Of a stretch of DNA of 64,000 bases, positions 40,149 through 50,965 are shown piece by piece (position 1 is the stretch's first letter; each line of letters begins with the position of its first letter). A program made the translations under genes and the position numbers. This stretch comes from Alphaproteobacteria bacterium (GTDB lineage Bacteria > Pseudomonadota > Alphaproteobacteria > JBFXJJ01): contig JBFXJJ010000011.1 in assembly GCA_050175015.1 (NCBI GenBank), forward strand, positions 1 to 64,000, in the 5' to 3' direction. The notes under the pieces were generated by a model. The model saw only the letters and a program-made list of their open reading frames with translations. It made no database searches and had not been told where the DNA came from.

Positions 40149-42281
40149 TTGGTATCAATAGTTCATTACGAAGTATATTTATATCAACACGGACGCTGGC
40201 AGCTGCATGGCAGATATTCAAGCAATCAAAAAAAGCAAGCGATAGATGATGCAAGATATACCGAAGATGCCCTTTCTTGTCCATCTAAAGTGATTAGAGA
40301 ATTATATGAAACCTCAAGCGGCGAGGTTGAAGAAGTTGTTATTTATATTAGTCCCAAAATACGCTCTCAACAATACTCCAGAGGCCCACAATCGATGTCG
40401 TCATCGGGAGGAACTCTCTGGGATAGCATAAGACAAAGTAATCAAGATAGGTTGCTTGACAATAAAAAATCTCCAGCAGTTGATGCCAGCATAAAATTTG
40501 TATCTGTTATAGGTATAAGTATTCTTTTAGCTGTATTTTTCGCCGTTGTTATCACTTTTCTAGTGAGTTATTTATCTCATAAAGGCTCTATCGCACCAAC
40601 TAACCCTGGTAAAATTTTTGTTACAGTATTTGTAGCCGTGTTTATTTTCAGTTCCGTACCGCTAGCATCAGCCTTTGTTCCTTGGCAAGCTTTTGGACAA
40701 GATGATGCCCCTTCTAAACAAAAAGAAAATCCCAATAGAACTTCGAAACTATCTTCCCTTCTCAATAAAAAAGAAGATGGTTTGAATCCTTTATCATCTC
40801 TTATTATGTGGCTTTTTAGGCTCGACAATAAAGTTGATGTCGAAAAACAAAACAACTCAAACAATCCTTCTAATTCTTCTATTAATGAGCCAGAAATAAA
40901 CTTAGATTTTGGAAAGATACAAGAGCAAGAAAAAAAAGAAGAAAACAACTTTCAAGGAAACCCTATTTTAGCATCAGAAGCTAAATCCAAAGCGGAAGAA
41001 GCATTAAAAACGGCAGAAGCAACAAAAACTGACGGTAAAGAGTTATTCAAAAATGATAAAGAAGAAAAAGAAGTTAAATCCTCACCAAAACCTGAAAACA
41101 AACAGCAACCTAAAAATCCACCTCAAAAAGATAAAACTTTAAAAGAGGAGATTAAGGAAGCAATAAAGGAAGTTGCTCAAGAAACAGCCAAAACAAATAA
41201 AGCTGAACAACAAGAAAAACCTCCTGAACCACTAGATGAAGAACTTGAGAACTGCAGAACAATTATGATGAAGTTTCTAGGTGGCGTGATTTCTGCTTAC
41301 AAAACTAAATATAAGCAAATTGATGCTTATAATAAGTTTGGTTTAAATTTAGTTCTAGCTGGTGCGGTCGATAATCTAAGACAGCAAGATAAAATTTCTG
41401 ATACAAATTATAATAAGCTCGTCTGTGAGACGATAGAGTTTCTGGGAACAAACCAAGCCTTAGCTCTAGCCTTCTGCAAAAAACTTGAAGAATATAGTTT
41501 GGAGCCTGCATATCTTACGATGCTTCACTCTGGTATGGATTCGATGGAGAAAATGCAGCAAAAAATGGCCGATCCTTTTAAAGTAATCCTTGATGCTCTT
41601 GAAAATTGGAATAAACCAGAGCAAACATCTCAAGATAAAAAGCCTTCAGGAATTATGACTATTATGTTTACTGATATGGTCAATTCTACAGCTTCGACCC
41701 AAAACTTAGGTGATGAAGCCGCACAAGAACTTGTTAGAACCCACAATAGAATTGTCCGCAGCGTTCTAGGCGATTTTGAAGGTAAAGAAGTAAAACATAC
41801 CGGCGATGGAATAATGGCCTCATTCACATCATCGTCCAACGCTCTTGAGGCCGCAGTTAGAATTCAAAAATCTTTTGAAAAATATAATCTTGAGGCTCCA
41901 GAAGTTCCAATAAAAATTAGAATAGGAATAAACGCTGGCGAGCCTATCGTTGAAGAAGATGATTTGTTTGGAACAACCGTTCAAGTTGCGGCTAGGGTTT
42001 GCGATTTTGCTAATCCAGAACAGGTACTCGTAACCAACGTGGTTAAGGAGCTTAGTGCTGGTAAGATTAAACAATTTTATAATCTGGGACCAACTCCTCT
42101 CAAAGGAATAAAAGAACCTACGATCTTATATGAGGTTGTTTGGCAAGATGAAGATTTGATAGATGCCCAACAAAATGACGTAGATAATCTTAGTGAAGAA
42201 ATCAGCAGTATTTCTTCTGATGGAAACGTTGAAACACCTGCCGAATCAAAAGACAGCACAGATAACGACGTTAAACCTTAA
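40149..42281 (+). CDS. Membrane-bound class III adenylate/guanylate cyclase
   Basis: Two TM helices. C-terminal cyclase motifs MFTDMVNST, VKHTGDG, RIGINAGE and DLFGTTVQVAARV. The Lys/Asp specificity residues point to ATP. Confidence 0.85.
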   Translation: MVSIVHYEVYLYQHGRWQLHGRYSSNQKKQAIDDARYTEDALSCPSKVIRELYETSSGEVEEVVIYISPKIRSQQYSRGPQSMSSSGGTLWDSIRQSNQDRLLDNKKSPAVDASIKFVSVIGISILLAVFFAVVITFLVSYLSHKGSIAPTNPGKIFVTVFVAVFIFSSVPLASAFVPWQAFGQDDAPSKQKENPNRTSKLSSLLNKKEDGLNPLSSLIMWLFRLDNKVDVEKQNNSNNPSNSSINEPEINLDFGKIQEQEKKEENNFQGNPILASEAKSKAEEALKTAEATKTDGKELFKNDKEEKEVKSSPKPENKQQPKNPPQKDKTLKEEIKEAIKEVAQETAKTNKAEQQEKPPEPLDEELENCRTIMMKFLGGVISAYKTKYKQIDAYNKFGLNLVLAGAVDNLRQQDKISDTNYNKLVCETIEFLGTNQALALAFCKKLEEYSLEPAYLTMLHSGMDSMEKMQQKMADPFKVILDALENWNKPEQTSQDKKPSGIMTIMFTDMVNSTASTQNLGDEAAQELVRTHNRIVRSVLGDFEGKEVKHTGDGIMASFTSSSNALEAAVRIQKSFEKYNLEAPEVPIKIRIGINAGEPIVEEDDLFGTTVQVAARVCDFANPEQVLVTNVVKELSAGKIKQFYNLGPTPLKGIKEPTILYEVVWQDEDLIDAQQNDVDNLSEEISSISSDGNVETPAESKDSTDNDVKP

Positions 42282-42463
42282 ATTACGGACTATTTAGAGC
42301 AATATAAATAAATGTCGTCGGTTCTGTTTCTTATTTGACAGAGCAAATTAAAAAGATTGTTTAAAATGTATTAAATATACAAGATGCAAGCCTAGTGCCT
42401 GCTAAAATAAACCCCAAAAGTACGAGATAAAAAGCTTTTATAAACGAGTCTCCTTTTATCGCA

Positions 42464-44431
42464 TCAGTCTTTTTTATTATCAGTAATGGCATTAAAATTT
42501 TCGGAGAAAACAGTCGGCTGTTTAAGCATTCTGCGATAAATTTCATAATTTTCTAAAACACGCTGCACATAATTTCTTGTTTCAGAAAAAGGAATCAATT
42601 CAATCCAGTCAATAATATCGACATTATCCGTCCTTGGATCTTGATAATCTTTAAGCCATTTTTTGACATTACTTGCACCAGCATTATATGCTGCAATAGC
42701 AAGTGCATAGTTATCAAATTGTTTAATACGCTTGTTAATATAATGATTGCCTAGACGAACATTATAATCCGTATTTGTTGTCAAATGACTTAAGTGAAAT
42801 TTAAGCTTGAGTTCCTTAGCAATGCGCTTTGCTGTTGCTGGAATCAACTGCATAAGCCCCCTTGCTCCTGCCGGACTTTTAGCCTCAGGATTAAAATTGC
42901 TTTCTTGTCTGGATATAGCAAGGATTAAGGGTATATTGCTTTTTTCAACAAAATCGAAATTCGTTTTAGGATAAGCGTAATCAATAATTTCTAGGTTTTT
43001 GATATATCTTGCCCTGCGACCTATCGCAACAGCGATGTCAGGTCTACCAACATATTCATCAAGAACTTTTAAAAAAGCTCTAATAGCATCTTCTTGCTCT
43101 AGAGAATTAAAATAGGCAATGGAAAACAAACTTGCATCATAGTCTTCTCCTATTTCTGCCAGAGCTTTTATTATTTTAATAACGTAGTGCGACTTTAAAG
43201 AAGACACTATGTTTTTACTAATACGAGATTTTTTTATATCTTGATTAATTAGCTTTGAGTTAATAGTTTTGGCAGCTAGTTGACCATAAAAAGTAGTTTG
43301 ATACTGAGCTGCTTTTTCGTACCATTTTTTAGCGTCATCACTATGACCTAAAAGATTTTGAGCTTTTCCGCACCAAAATGCTGCTCGCGCAAGACTTACG
43401 GGGGATTTTACCGCATCATACATTTTAGCAAAATGAAAAAATGCCTGCTCATTATTATGTAAAAATTTCAAGGAAATAAATCCTGAAAGCCATTCGGCTA
43501 AAGCAAAGGATTCTCCAGCTTCTAAGATATGATTAGAGGCTAGATTATAAGCTTTGTTGTAGTCTTTCTTTTTTATGAATTCTCTAATAAGAATATTGCG
43601 TTCAAACCACCATTTTTCAGGATTTTCTAAATTAGCAGATTGGTGAATATGCATTTCGTAGGCATCTTTCAAACGATCTTTCTTGCGCCGCCAATAGGCT
43701 CGGTCAAAAATCAAACCAGGATCATCTGCTAATGATTGCGGAACTTTACTCACAGCGGCATCAACTTTACGAGCTTTGTTTATTAGGGCGATTCTTGCTT
43801 CTGCTAATAATTTGTTATTAGGAGTTAATTTGTTTAATAAGTGCTTTGCTCTGCTGGTTTGCCTTTCCCACAAAAGGTTTGATACTTTGTTTTTATGGTT
43901 TTCTTGAGATAAATAAGAGTGATATTGATTTAGAAATTCTTTTTCTAACTTATCATCAAAATTAATATCCTCCCATGCGCTTTTTATCAGCTTAAAAGCA
44001 TCATCATCTTTGCCATCTTTTTGTAAAAGTTCGGCATAAATCATTTTTCCTTTGGTCGAAGATGCTGGATAGTCATTAAACCATTGTCTAACCAATTCTT
44101 CGCTTGTGGTATCTCTGATTGCGCTTTCGGCATTTTCTTTTATCTGATAGAGCCTAGGAAAAAGCGGATTTAAGTAAACAAATTCCGATAATTCTTTAAA
44201 ATCGTTACTGCTTTTTAGAAGCCTTAACCATTCGAGATAAGGCACAAGAATATTATTTTTAACTGTTGCTGCCAATTTTCGAGATTCTTCAAAATGCATC
44301 TTTCTCGATTCTTTTATAGCCGCTTGATAAATTTTAACATCTTTTTCAGATAAAATCCTATCGCTAGCTTGAGCTGTAAAGCTAAAGAAAGTAACTAAAA
44401 GACAAAAAACTAAATATAATCTATAGACCAT
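42464..44431 (-). CDS. slt: Soluble lytic murein transglycosylase (Slt70-like)
   Basis: Signal peptide from MVYRLY (start moved to 44431); RQESNF, GARGLMQL, AAYNAG and IPFSETRNYV motifs. Confidence 0.9.
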   Translation of the reverse strand: MVYRLYLVFCLLVTFFSFTAQASDRILSEKDVKIYQAAIKESRKMHFEESRKLAATVKNNILVPYLEWLRLLKSSNDFKELSEFVYLNPLFPRLYQIKENAESAIRDTTSEELVRQWFNDYPASSTKGKMIYAELLQKDGKDDDAFKLIKSAWEDINFDDKLEKEFLNQYHSYLSQENHKNKVSNLLWERQTSRAKHLLNKLTPNNKLLAEARIALINKARKVDAAVSKVPQSLADDPGLIFDRAYWRRKKDRLKDAYEMHIHQSANLENPEKWWFERNILIREFIKKKDYNKAYNLASNHILEAGESFALAEWLSGFISLKFLHNNEQAFFHFAKMYDAVKSPVSLARAAFWCGKAQNLLGHSDDAKKWYEKAAQYQTTFYGQLAAKTINSKLINQDIKKSRISKNIVSSLKSHYVIKIIKALAEIGEDYDASLFSIAYFNSLEQEDAIRAFLKVLDEYVGRPDIAVAIGRRARYIKNLEIIDYAYPKTNFDFVEKSNIPLILAISRQESNFNPEAKSPAGARGLMQLIPATAKRIAKELKLKFHLSHLTTNTDYNVRLGNHYINKRIKQFDNYALAIAAYNAGASNVKKWLKDYQDPRTDNVDIIDWIELIPFSETRNYVQRVLENYEIYRRMLKQPTVFSENFNAITDNKKD

Positions 44432-44546
44432 AATCTCAAATGTTTTTATTAAATTGATTGATTTTCTGTATAATGCTAATTTAAATAGCAAAAGTCAGTA
44501 TATTTTTTTATTTTTTGACTTAAAAATAAAATATAAAAGGAAAAAA

Positions 44547-45425
44547 ATGTTTAAGGGTGCGATAACAGCTTTAATAACGCCATTTAAAGACGATGCAACT
44601 ATAGATTTTGATGCTCTAGCAAAAATAATAGAATGGCAGATAGCAGAAGGCATCGAAGGTCTTGTTCCTTGTGGAACAACTGGCGAAAGCCCAACTTTGT
44701 CTTCAGAAGAACAAATTGCTGTTATTAAAACTTGCGTAGAAGTTACAAGAAAAAGAGTTCCAGTTATAGCAGGAACAGGTTTCAACTCTACGAAAAAGAC
44801 AATAGAAATGACCGCAATGGCTAAAGACGCAGGGGTCGATGCTTGTTTGGTTGTTTGCCCTTACTATAACAAACCATCGCAGGATAATCTTTATCATCAT
44901 TTTTCAGATGTTGCCAAAACCAATATTCCAATAATTATTTACAATATTCCTAGCCGCACAGGGGTTGACCTAATGCCAGAAACAGTCACCAAGCTAGCAA
45001 AAAATATAACAAATATTATAGGAATCAAGGACGCTACTGCCAACCTAGAACGTCCACTGAAAACAAGGATTTTAGCAGGAAGTGATTTCTGCCAACTTTC
45101 AGGAGAAGATGCAACAGCCGCTGCTTTTTTAGCACAGGGTGGACACGGCTGCATCTCAGTAACCGCTAACGTTGCACCTAAAATGTGTTCTGATATGCAA
45201 AAGTTTTGGCAACAAGGAAAATTTTTGGAGTGTTTTAATCTTAGAGATAAATTAATGCCTCTGCACGAGGCTATGTTTGTTGAAAGTAATCCTGGACCTG
45301 TAAAATATGCCGCAAGCCTTTTAGGCATTTGTTCTGGGATTAGCCGAGCCCCGCTTTATGGAATATCGGAGGCTTCAAAAGCTAAAATCGCCCAAATTAT
45401 GAAGAATATAGGGATATTATCTTAA
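44547..45425 (+). CDS. dapA: 4-hydroxy-tetrahydrodipicolinate synthase
   Basis: ALITPF, GTTGESPTL, YNIPSRT and GIKDAT; start placed at MFKG. Confidence 0.95.
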   Translation: MFKGAITALITPFKDDATIDFDALAKIIEWQIAEGIEGLVPCGTTGESPTLSSEEQIAVIKTCVEVTRKRVPVIAGTGFNSTKKTIEMTAMAKDAGVDACLVVCPYYNKPSQDNLYHHFSDVAKTNIPIIIYNIPSRTGVDLMPETVTKLAKNITNIIGIKDATANLERPLKTRILAGSDFCQLSGEDATAAAFLAQGGHGCISVTANVAPKMCSDMQKFWQQGKFLECFNLRDKLMPLHEAMFVESNPGPVKYAASLLGICSGISRAPLYGISEASKAKIAQIMKNIGILS

Positions 45426-45426
45426 A

Positions 45427-45903
45427 ATGAATACGAAAACTTTTATCTCTAAAGGTATTGTCGCAAGAAACCGTAAAGCTAGATTTAATTATGCAATTAA
45501 TGAAAAGCTTGAAGCAGGAATTATGCTTACGGGATCAGAAGTTAAGTCTTTGAGAATGGGATTAGTTAATATTGAAGATGCATATGCTTCTCAAGAAGAA
45601 GGTGAACTATACCTAATTAACTGTCATATTGGCGAATATAGCCATAGTGATGGCTATTCTCTTCATGAAACCAACCGTAAACGCAAACTTTTGCTGCGCA
45701 GTAAACAACTTAATACTTTTGTTGAAGCAGTTAGTCGTAAAGGTGCAACCATTGTTCCTCTAGCTATATACTTTAACGACAGAGGCATTGCTAAAGTTGA
45801 GCTTGGGCTCGGAGTTGGAAAGAAACTTTATGATAAACGTGAAACGGTTAAAAATAGAGACTGGGATAGGCAAAAGGCAAGAATTATGAGGGAAAAGGGC
45901 TGA
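45427..45903 (+). CDS. smpB: SsrA-binding protein
   Basis: NRKARFNY, EAGIMLTGSEVKSLR, RKLLL and GKKLYDKR motifs. Confidence 0.96.
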   Translation: MNTKTFISKGIVARNRKARFNYAINEKLEAGIMLTGSEVKSLRMGLVNIEDAYASQEEGELYLINCHIGEYSHSDGYSLHETNRKRKLLLRSKQLNTFVEAVSRKGATIVPLAIYFNDRGIAKVELGLGVGKKLYDKRETVKNRDWDRQKARIMREKG

Positions 45904-46179
45904 TTTAAAAATTACAGCTATAATTTCTAATTAACTTGTACATTTTTGCTTTGCTACAAGCTTTAGTAAAACCTTCTCATTTTTGTAAAAATAAAAATCG
46001 AAACAGCTTTAAAAAATAACGTTTTTAAGAATTATTTTGTTCTTTTAAACCTAGATGTTTTACGGTTAGTTCTACTATTTTGTTTTTGTCTTACGGCAAG
46101 TGCCAATATGCGGCTTTACTTTTAAAGTTGCAAAGCAGTTTTTTATGTTTAACGAAAACAATTTATTCTAAGCTGTCTT

Positions 46180-46674
46180 TTATTCTATTTCTTCTGTATT
46201 TTCAACAGGGTCTGCTTCAAACAACTTTTTAGTTCTGGCTTGAAGCCTTCCATCTGTAATCATTAAGTCAACAGCGCCCTGTTCCGCAGGAATAGGGTCA
46301 GTAATACGATGACAGCGTCCCTCGATAAAAGCGCCAGGTTCAACTGCAATACTATCGTGAGCAACATCACCGTCCATTCTAGCTGTGCTGGCAAAGAACA
46401 CTGACTTAGCAATAAGCTGTCCTTTGATACAGCCATAAATTCTTGCTTCATCAACATTAACAGCGCCGACAACCATACCAGTAATGCCAACAATTAATGT
46501 TCTACAGCGAACATCGCCCTCAACTTTACCGTCAACCTGAACTTCACCATCTCCAATTAAATCACCAGAAATAACTAAATCTTCACTTATAATTGATGGG
46601 GTTGTTTTAACATTGTTTTTTTCAAAATTATGATTATCTAAACCAGATTTACTTTTCTTATCCTTTGAAAACAT
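46180..46674 (-). CDS. Bactofilin (polymer-forming cytoskeletal protein)
   Basis: N-terminal MFSK peptide; beta-helix core PSIISEDLVISGDL..DG.VEGDV...GAFIEG. Confidence 0.9.
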   Translation of the reverse strand: MFSKDKKSKSGLDNHNFEKNNVKTTPSIISEDLVISGDLIGDGEVQVDGKVEGDVRCRTLIVGITGMVVGAVNVDEARIYGCIKGQLIAKSVFFASTARMDGDVAHDSIAVEPGAFIEGRCHRITDPIPAEQGAVDLMITDGRLQARTKKLFEADPVENTEEIE

Positions 46675-48025
46675 CTCTTTTCACCTTGATAAAATCGATT
46701 GGGTTAACAGGATTGTTTTTAATTCTAACTTCATAATGAAGATGGTTGCCTGTACTTCTGCCAGTACTGCCCATTTTCCCAATCACTTGCTGTGTTGTAA
46801 CGTAATCGCCTTTTTTGACATCTATTTCACTCAAATGAGCATACCTTGTTTTAAATCCCAAGCCATGGTCTATTTCAACAATATTACCATACCAGCCCCA
46901 AGGACCAGCTCTTGAAACTTTACCATTAGCTCTAGCGTAAATATTTTCGCCCTCATGCCCAGCTAAATCGACGCCTTCATGCCTAGCTCTCTTGCCATTG
47001 AATGGGTCTATTCTATAACCAAAACCAGATGTAACTTTAATACTTTTCACTGGCTTGCCTAGAGGAATCTTTTCCTGCAGATTATAAAGCATACTCCATT
47101 CGTCTAACTTGTCATTAATTTCTTCAAGACTATTATTAAGCTGCTTATTTCTTAAATCAGGAAGTTCGGCGGGAACAAAAGGACCGCCTTGACCAAAAAG
47201 CTCTTTAGTACTTTTTAGTAAATCTTCGATTTTGATGCCTGATTTTTCTAGAACACTATCTAAACTTTTCAAACTTTTTTCTATAATATCTATTTTGCCA
47301 TCAGCTAAAACTGCCATTCTTTCGATAACCTGCATTTGGGCTTCTTGCATCTCAGCGACTAAAGTTTCCAGATCTTTAACTTTATTTTTAAGCGTATCAC
47401 TTTCAGAATTGGCAATATCTCTTTGCAAAACGACTTTACGCAGCTCATATTCTAGCGACTGCTGGTCTACTATAGCCCAAGACATTTTAGATGACAGCTC
47501 GTCCATACGGGAATCTATAAAATCAATTTCGTTTTTAACTAAATTAGTCTCATTAATAAGATCTGCAGCTTTATCAGCTTCGGCTTCATTTGATTTTTGT
47601 TTGTCTTTATTTAAAGATGCAACTTGGGTTTTAGTATTTTTTGATTTGTTATCATATTGAGCATCTTGCGTTAAAAGATTAGCAAAATCTTTTTGCTTTT
47701 TTTCAAGCTCCGAAAACAAGTCAGAAACGTGTTCTTTATAAACCGCAACTTCTTCTAAAAGCCTTGAATAAGCATTTCTTGATTCTTTGATATTACGGTT
47801 TTTATTTTCAATTATATTATTATTGTAAATAAACATATAAGAAACAAAACTTGTCCAGACCACAAAAGAAACAACAAGAGTAAAGACTGCAACTTGTTTA
47901 AAAGGCGTTAAAATAACGTGTCTGACCCCACCCCCTGAACGTACAAGGAGTTGCCTTTCTTTAAATAAAAAGTTATATAAACTTTTTACTGTTTTATTCT
48001 TTTCTTTTGGGTCAAACTGAGACAT
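46658..48025 (-). CDS. Membrane-anchored coiled-coil M23 endopeptidase (LmdC-like)
   Basis: Cytoplasmic N-terminus (ERQLLVRSGG), one TM helix, a long coiled coil, and M23 motifs HEGVD, YAHL and GNHLHYEV. Overlaps the bactofilin start. Start placed at MSQF. Confidence 0.88.
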   Translation of the reverse strand: MSQFDPKEKNKTVKSLYNFLFKERQLLVRSGGGVRHVILTPFKQVAVFTLVVSFVVWTSFVSYMFIYNNNIIENKNRNIKESRNAYSRLLEEVAVYKEHVSDLFSELEKKQKDFANLLTQDAQYDNKSKNTKTQVASLNKDKQKSNEAEADKAADLINETNLVKNEIDFIDSRMDELSSKMSWAIVDQQSLEYELRKVVLQRDIANSESDTLKNKVKDLETLVAEMQEAQMQVIERMAVLADGKIDIIEKSLKSLDSVLEKSGIKIEDLLKSTKELFGQGGPFVPAELPDLRNKQLNNSLEEINDKLDEWSMLYNLQEKIPLGKPVKSIKVTSGFGYRIDPFNGKRARHEGVDLAGHEGENIYARANGKVSRAGPWGWYGNIVEIDHGLGFKTRYAHLSEIDVKKGDYVTTQQVIGKMGSTGRSTGNHLHYEVRIKNNPVNPIDFIKVKRDVFKG

Positions 48026-48182
48026 ACAAAAATCCAGAAAAATAACGATAAAAATACAACTTAAGTTTATACCTGCAACAGGAAAAGCTAGCAACCAAAA
48101 AGTTATCTTATTATATTATAATACATAACTTGGGATAAAATAGATTAATTTTTTTTAACATAAAACAAGGTACGCAACTATT

Positions 48183-48656
48183 ATGATAGAAAACCTCAAA
48201 AATAAAACCGCTGTAATTTTATCAACTTGGTTTGGTGTGGGATTAATCCCTTTTGCACCAGGGACTTTTGGTTCGTTTTTTGCGCTGCCTTTTGCTTTTG
48301 CTATATTAAAATATTCCAACTGGCTTTTTTTGCTTGGAGCCGCTGTTCTAATCTTTTTTATTGGCATAAAAACAGCTTCTATTTACGAAAAAATCTTAGC
48401 CAAGAAAGACCCTAAACAAGTAGTTATTGATGAGGTTCTTGGTCAATGGCTGGCTTTACTCCCTGCATCTTTAGATCCGCTATCTTTTGCCATAGGGTTT
48501 GCCTTGTTCCGCTTCTTTGACATCAGCAAAATCTGGCCTGCTTCTTGGGCGGACAAAGAGCTTGGAGGCGGTCTTGGAATTATGCTTGATGATTTAATTG
48601 CAGGTGTTTACTCGGCTGCTATTCTTTTTTCGCTAAAATATTTTGCCGTAATTTAA
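48183..48656 (+). CDS. pgpA: Phosphatidylglycerophosphatase A
   Basis: [26 protein letters not shown] and [10 protein letters not shown] motifs. Confidence 0.93.
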   Translation: MIENLKNKTAVILSTWFGVGLIPFAPGTFGSFFALPFAFAILKYSNWLFLLGAAVLIFFIGIKTASIYEKILAKKDPKQVVIDEVLGQWLALLPASLDPLSFAIGFALFRFFDISKIWPASWADKELGGGLGIMLDDLIAGVYSAAILFSLKYFAVI

Positions 48657-49509
48657 AAAAGTCTTTTGCGGCGTGATGAGATGAACGAGTAAGCGGCGTC
48701 GCGGAAACCATTGAAAAACCTCTGGCATACGCCTCTTTCTCATAATCAGCAAACTCTTCAGGCGTAACATAACGTACAACCTCAGTATTTTTCATTGATG
48801 GTCTTAAATACTGTCCTATGGTTATAAAATCCACACCTGCGTTACGTAAATCGTCCATAAGAGATAGTACTTCTTCTTTAGTTTCGCCTAAGCCAACCAT
48901 AATTCCTGATTTTGTAAAAATTGACGAATCTATTTCCTTGGAACGTTTTAAAACACTTAAAGAAAATTGATAGTCAGCGATTGGTCTAATTGTTTTATAA
49001 AGCGAAGGAACAGTTTCTAAATTATGGTTAAAGACATCTGGCTTTGCCATAACAACTTTCTCTAAAGCACCCTCTTTGTTTTTAAAATCAGGGGTTAAAA
49101 CTTCAATCGTAACTTTGGGATTAAGCCTTTTGATTTCCGTAATTGTTTTAGCAAAATGCTCAGCTCCGCCGTCCGCCAAATCATCTCGATCAACTGAGGT
49201 GATTACAGCGTGAACCAACCCCATAACATTTACGCTTTCAGCTATTTTAAGTGGCTCTTCGACATCAAGCGGTTGCGGTTTGCCTTTCTTAATATTACAG
49301 AAAGCGCATCTTCTAGTACAGACATCACCCATTATCATAAAGGTTGCAATCTTTTGCGACCAACATTCCCCGATATTAGGACAGCTTGCCTCTTCACAAA
49401 CAGTGTGCAGACATTTTGATTTTACTAAACGCCTTACTTCTGCACATTCTTTATTGGTAGGAGCTTTAACCCTAATCCAAGAAGGTTTTCTTAAGACTTC
49501 ATTTTCCAT
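48619..49509 (-). CDS. lipA: Lipoyl synthase
   Basis: [12 protein letters not shown] and CTRRCAFC cluster motifs; RSSH near the C-terminus. Confidence 0.96.
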   Translation of the reverse strand: MENEVLRKPSWIRVKAPTNKECAEVRRLVKSKCLHTVCEEASCPNIGECWSQKIATFMIMGDVCTRRCAFCNIKKGKPQPLDVEEPLKIAESVNVMGLVHAVITSVDRDDLADGGAEHFAKTITEIKRLNPKVTIEVLTPDFKNKEGALEKVVMAKPDVFNHNLETVPSLYKTIRPIADYQFSLSVLKRSKEIDSSIFTKSGIMVGLGETKEEVLSLMDDLRNAGVDFITIGQYLRPSMKNTEVVRYVTPEEFADYEKEAYARGFSMVSATPLTRSSHHAAKDFFKLRQNILAKKE

Positions 49510-49528
49510 TAATTATCTCTGAAATATT

Positions 49529-50929
49529 CTAAAAATTAATTGCCATATCCATAGCATCAAGAGCAGCTTCCGGCATCATCTCTGATAAAGTCGGGTGCGG
49601 AAAGACGGTATGAGCTAATTCTAATTCAGTTGTTTCCAGCTTTTTCGCAATAGCAAAACCTTGAATCAACTCTGTAACTTCAGCTCCAACCATATGAGCC
49701 CCTAAAAGTTCTCCTGTTTTAGCATCAAAAATAGTTTTGACAAACCCTTCAGTTTCTTTCATTGCAATCGCTTTGCCGTTAGCAGAAAAAGGAAATCTTC
49801 CAACTCTAATACTGCGGTTTTCTTTCTCGGCCTCTTTCTCCGTCAAACCTATACTAGCAACTTGAGGATAACAATAAACACAGGAAGGAATAGATAAAGG
49901 ATCAAGCGGTTCAACATCTTTTTTGCCCGCTATTTTTTCAACACAGATAACAGCCTCGTGACTAGCCTTATGAGCCAAAAATGGCGGCTTTGTAATATCT
50001 CCTAACGCATAGATTCCAGCTTCATCAGTTTCGCACCATTCGTTAACAGAAACATATCCTCTGTCCAATTTTACTTTGGTGTTTTCTAAACCGAGATTAT
50101 CCGTATTAGGTGCAACTCCAACTGCGACTAAAACATTATCAAACCTCAAGGTTTTGGTAATACCATCTTTTTCGATAGCAACAACAGCGTGGGTTTCTTT
50201 AGCCTCGACACTCTTAACGGTAGAACCAAGCTCAAACTTTATCCCTCTTTTGCTAAGATTCTTGAAAATCAACTCCGAAACTTCGTCATCTTCCAACGGC
50301 AAAATCTTATCTAGAATTTCAACAACCGTAACCTCAACTCCAAAAGTATGATAAAAATCGGCAAATTCTATCCCAATAGCCCCGCTGCCGATAACGAGAA
50401 GTGATTTAGGCATCTTTCTTGGAACAAGCGCATTTTTTGAAGTCCAAACAATATTACCATCAACCTCAATATTAGGCAGAGCTCTTGGTCTTGCACCCGT
50501 AGCTAAAATAATATGTTTAGCTTGCAACGTTAAAACGTCTTTATTACTGCTTTCAACAAGCACTTCGCCTTTACCTGAAACTTTTGCTGTTCCTTCAATT
50601 AAATCCACTTCATTCTTTTTCAAAAGATATTTAACGCCCGCATTAAGTTTCTTAGAGACATTTCTAGAACGTCTAACAACAGCCGTTAAATCAAAATCAA
50701 TATTTTCAGCTTTAAGACCAAAATCAGAAGCCTCTTTCATATTACGATAAATATCCGCCGAACGAAGCAGCGCTTTTGTTGGGATACAACCCCAATTTAA
50801 GCAAACGCCGCCAACCTGATCTTTTTCAATAACCGCTGTTTTCATACCTAATTGAGCTGCTCTAATCCCTGCAACATATCCTCCAGGACCTGCACCAATT
50901 ACAACGACATCATAGTTTTTTTCTGTCAT
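49529..50929 (-). CDS. lpdA: Dihydrolipoyl dehydrogenase (E3)
   Basis: GAGPGG, redox-active CLNWGCIPTK, and HPTLSE. Confidence 0.96.
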   Translation of the reverse strand: MTEKNYDVVVIGAGPGGYVAGIRAAQLGMKTAVIEKDQVGGVCLNWGCIPTKALLRSADIYRNMKEASDFGLKAENIDFDLTAVVRRSRNVSKKLNAGVKYLLKKNEVDLIEGTAKVSGKGEVLVESSNKDVLTLQAKHIILATGARPRALPNIEVDGNIVWTSKNALVPRKMPKSLLVIGSGAIGIEFADFYHTFGVEVTVVEILDKILPLEDDEVSELIFKNLSKRGIKFELGSTVKSVEAKETHAVVAIEKDGITKTLRFDNVLVAVGVAPNTDNLGLENTKVKLDRGYVSVNEWCETDEAGIYALGDITKPPFLAHKASHEAVICVEKIAGKKDVEPLDPLSIPSCVYCYPQVASIGLTEKEAEKENRSIRVGRFPFSANGKAIAMKETEGFVKTIFDAKTGELLGAHMVGAEVTELIQGFAIAKKLETTELELAHTVFPHPTLSEMMPEAALDAMDMAINF

Positions 50930-50965
50930 TTAACTTAAGACCTTATCTATTTTATATTGTTTTTT

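Noticed and set aside
45904-46179. tmRNA or another sRNA in the gap after smpB
   Set aside because: I see no tRNA-like acceptor or T-arm motifs and no tag reading frame, only a weak AT-rich hairpin.
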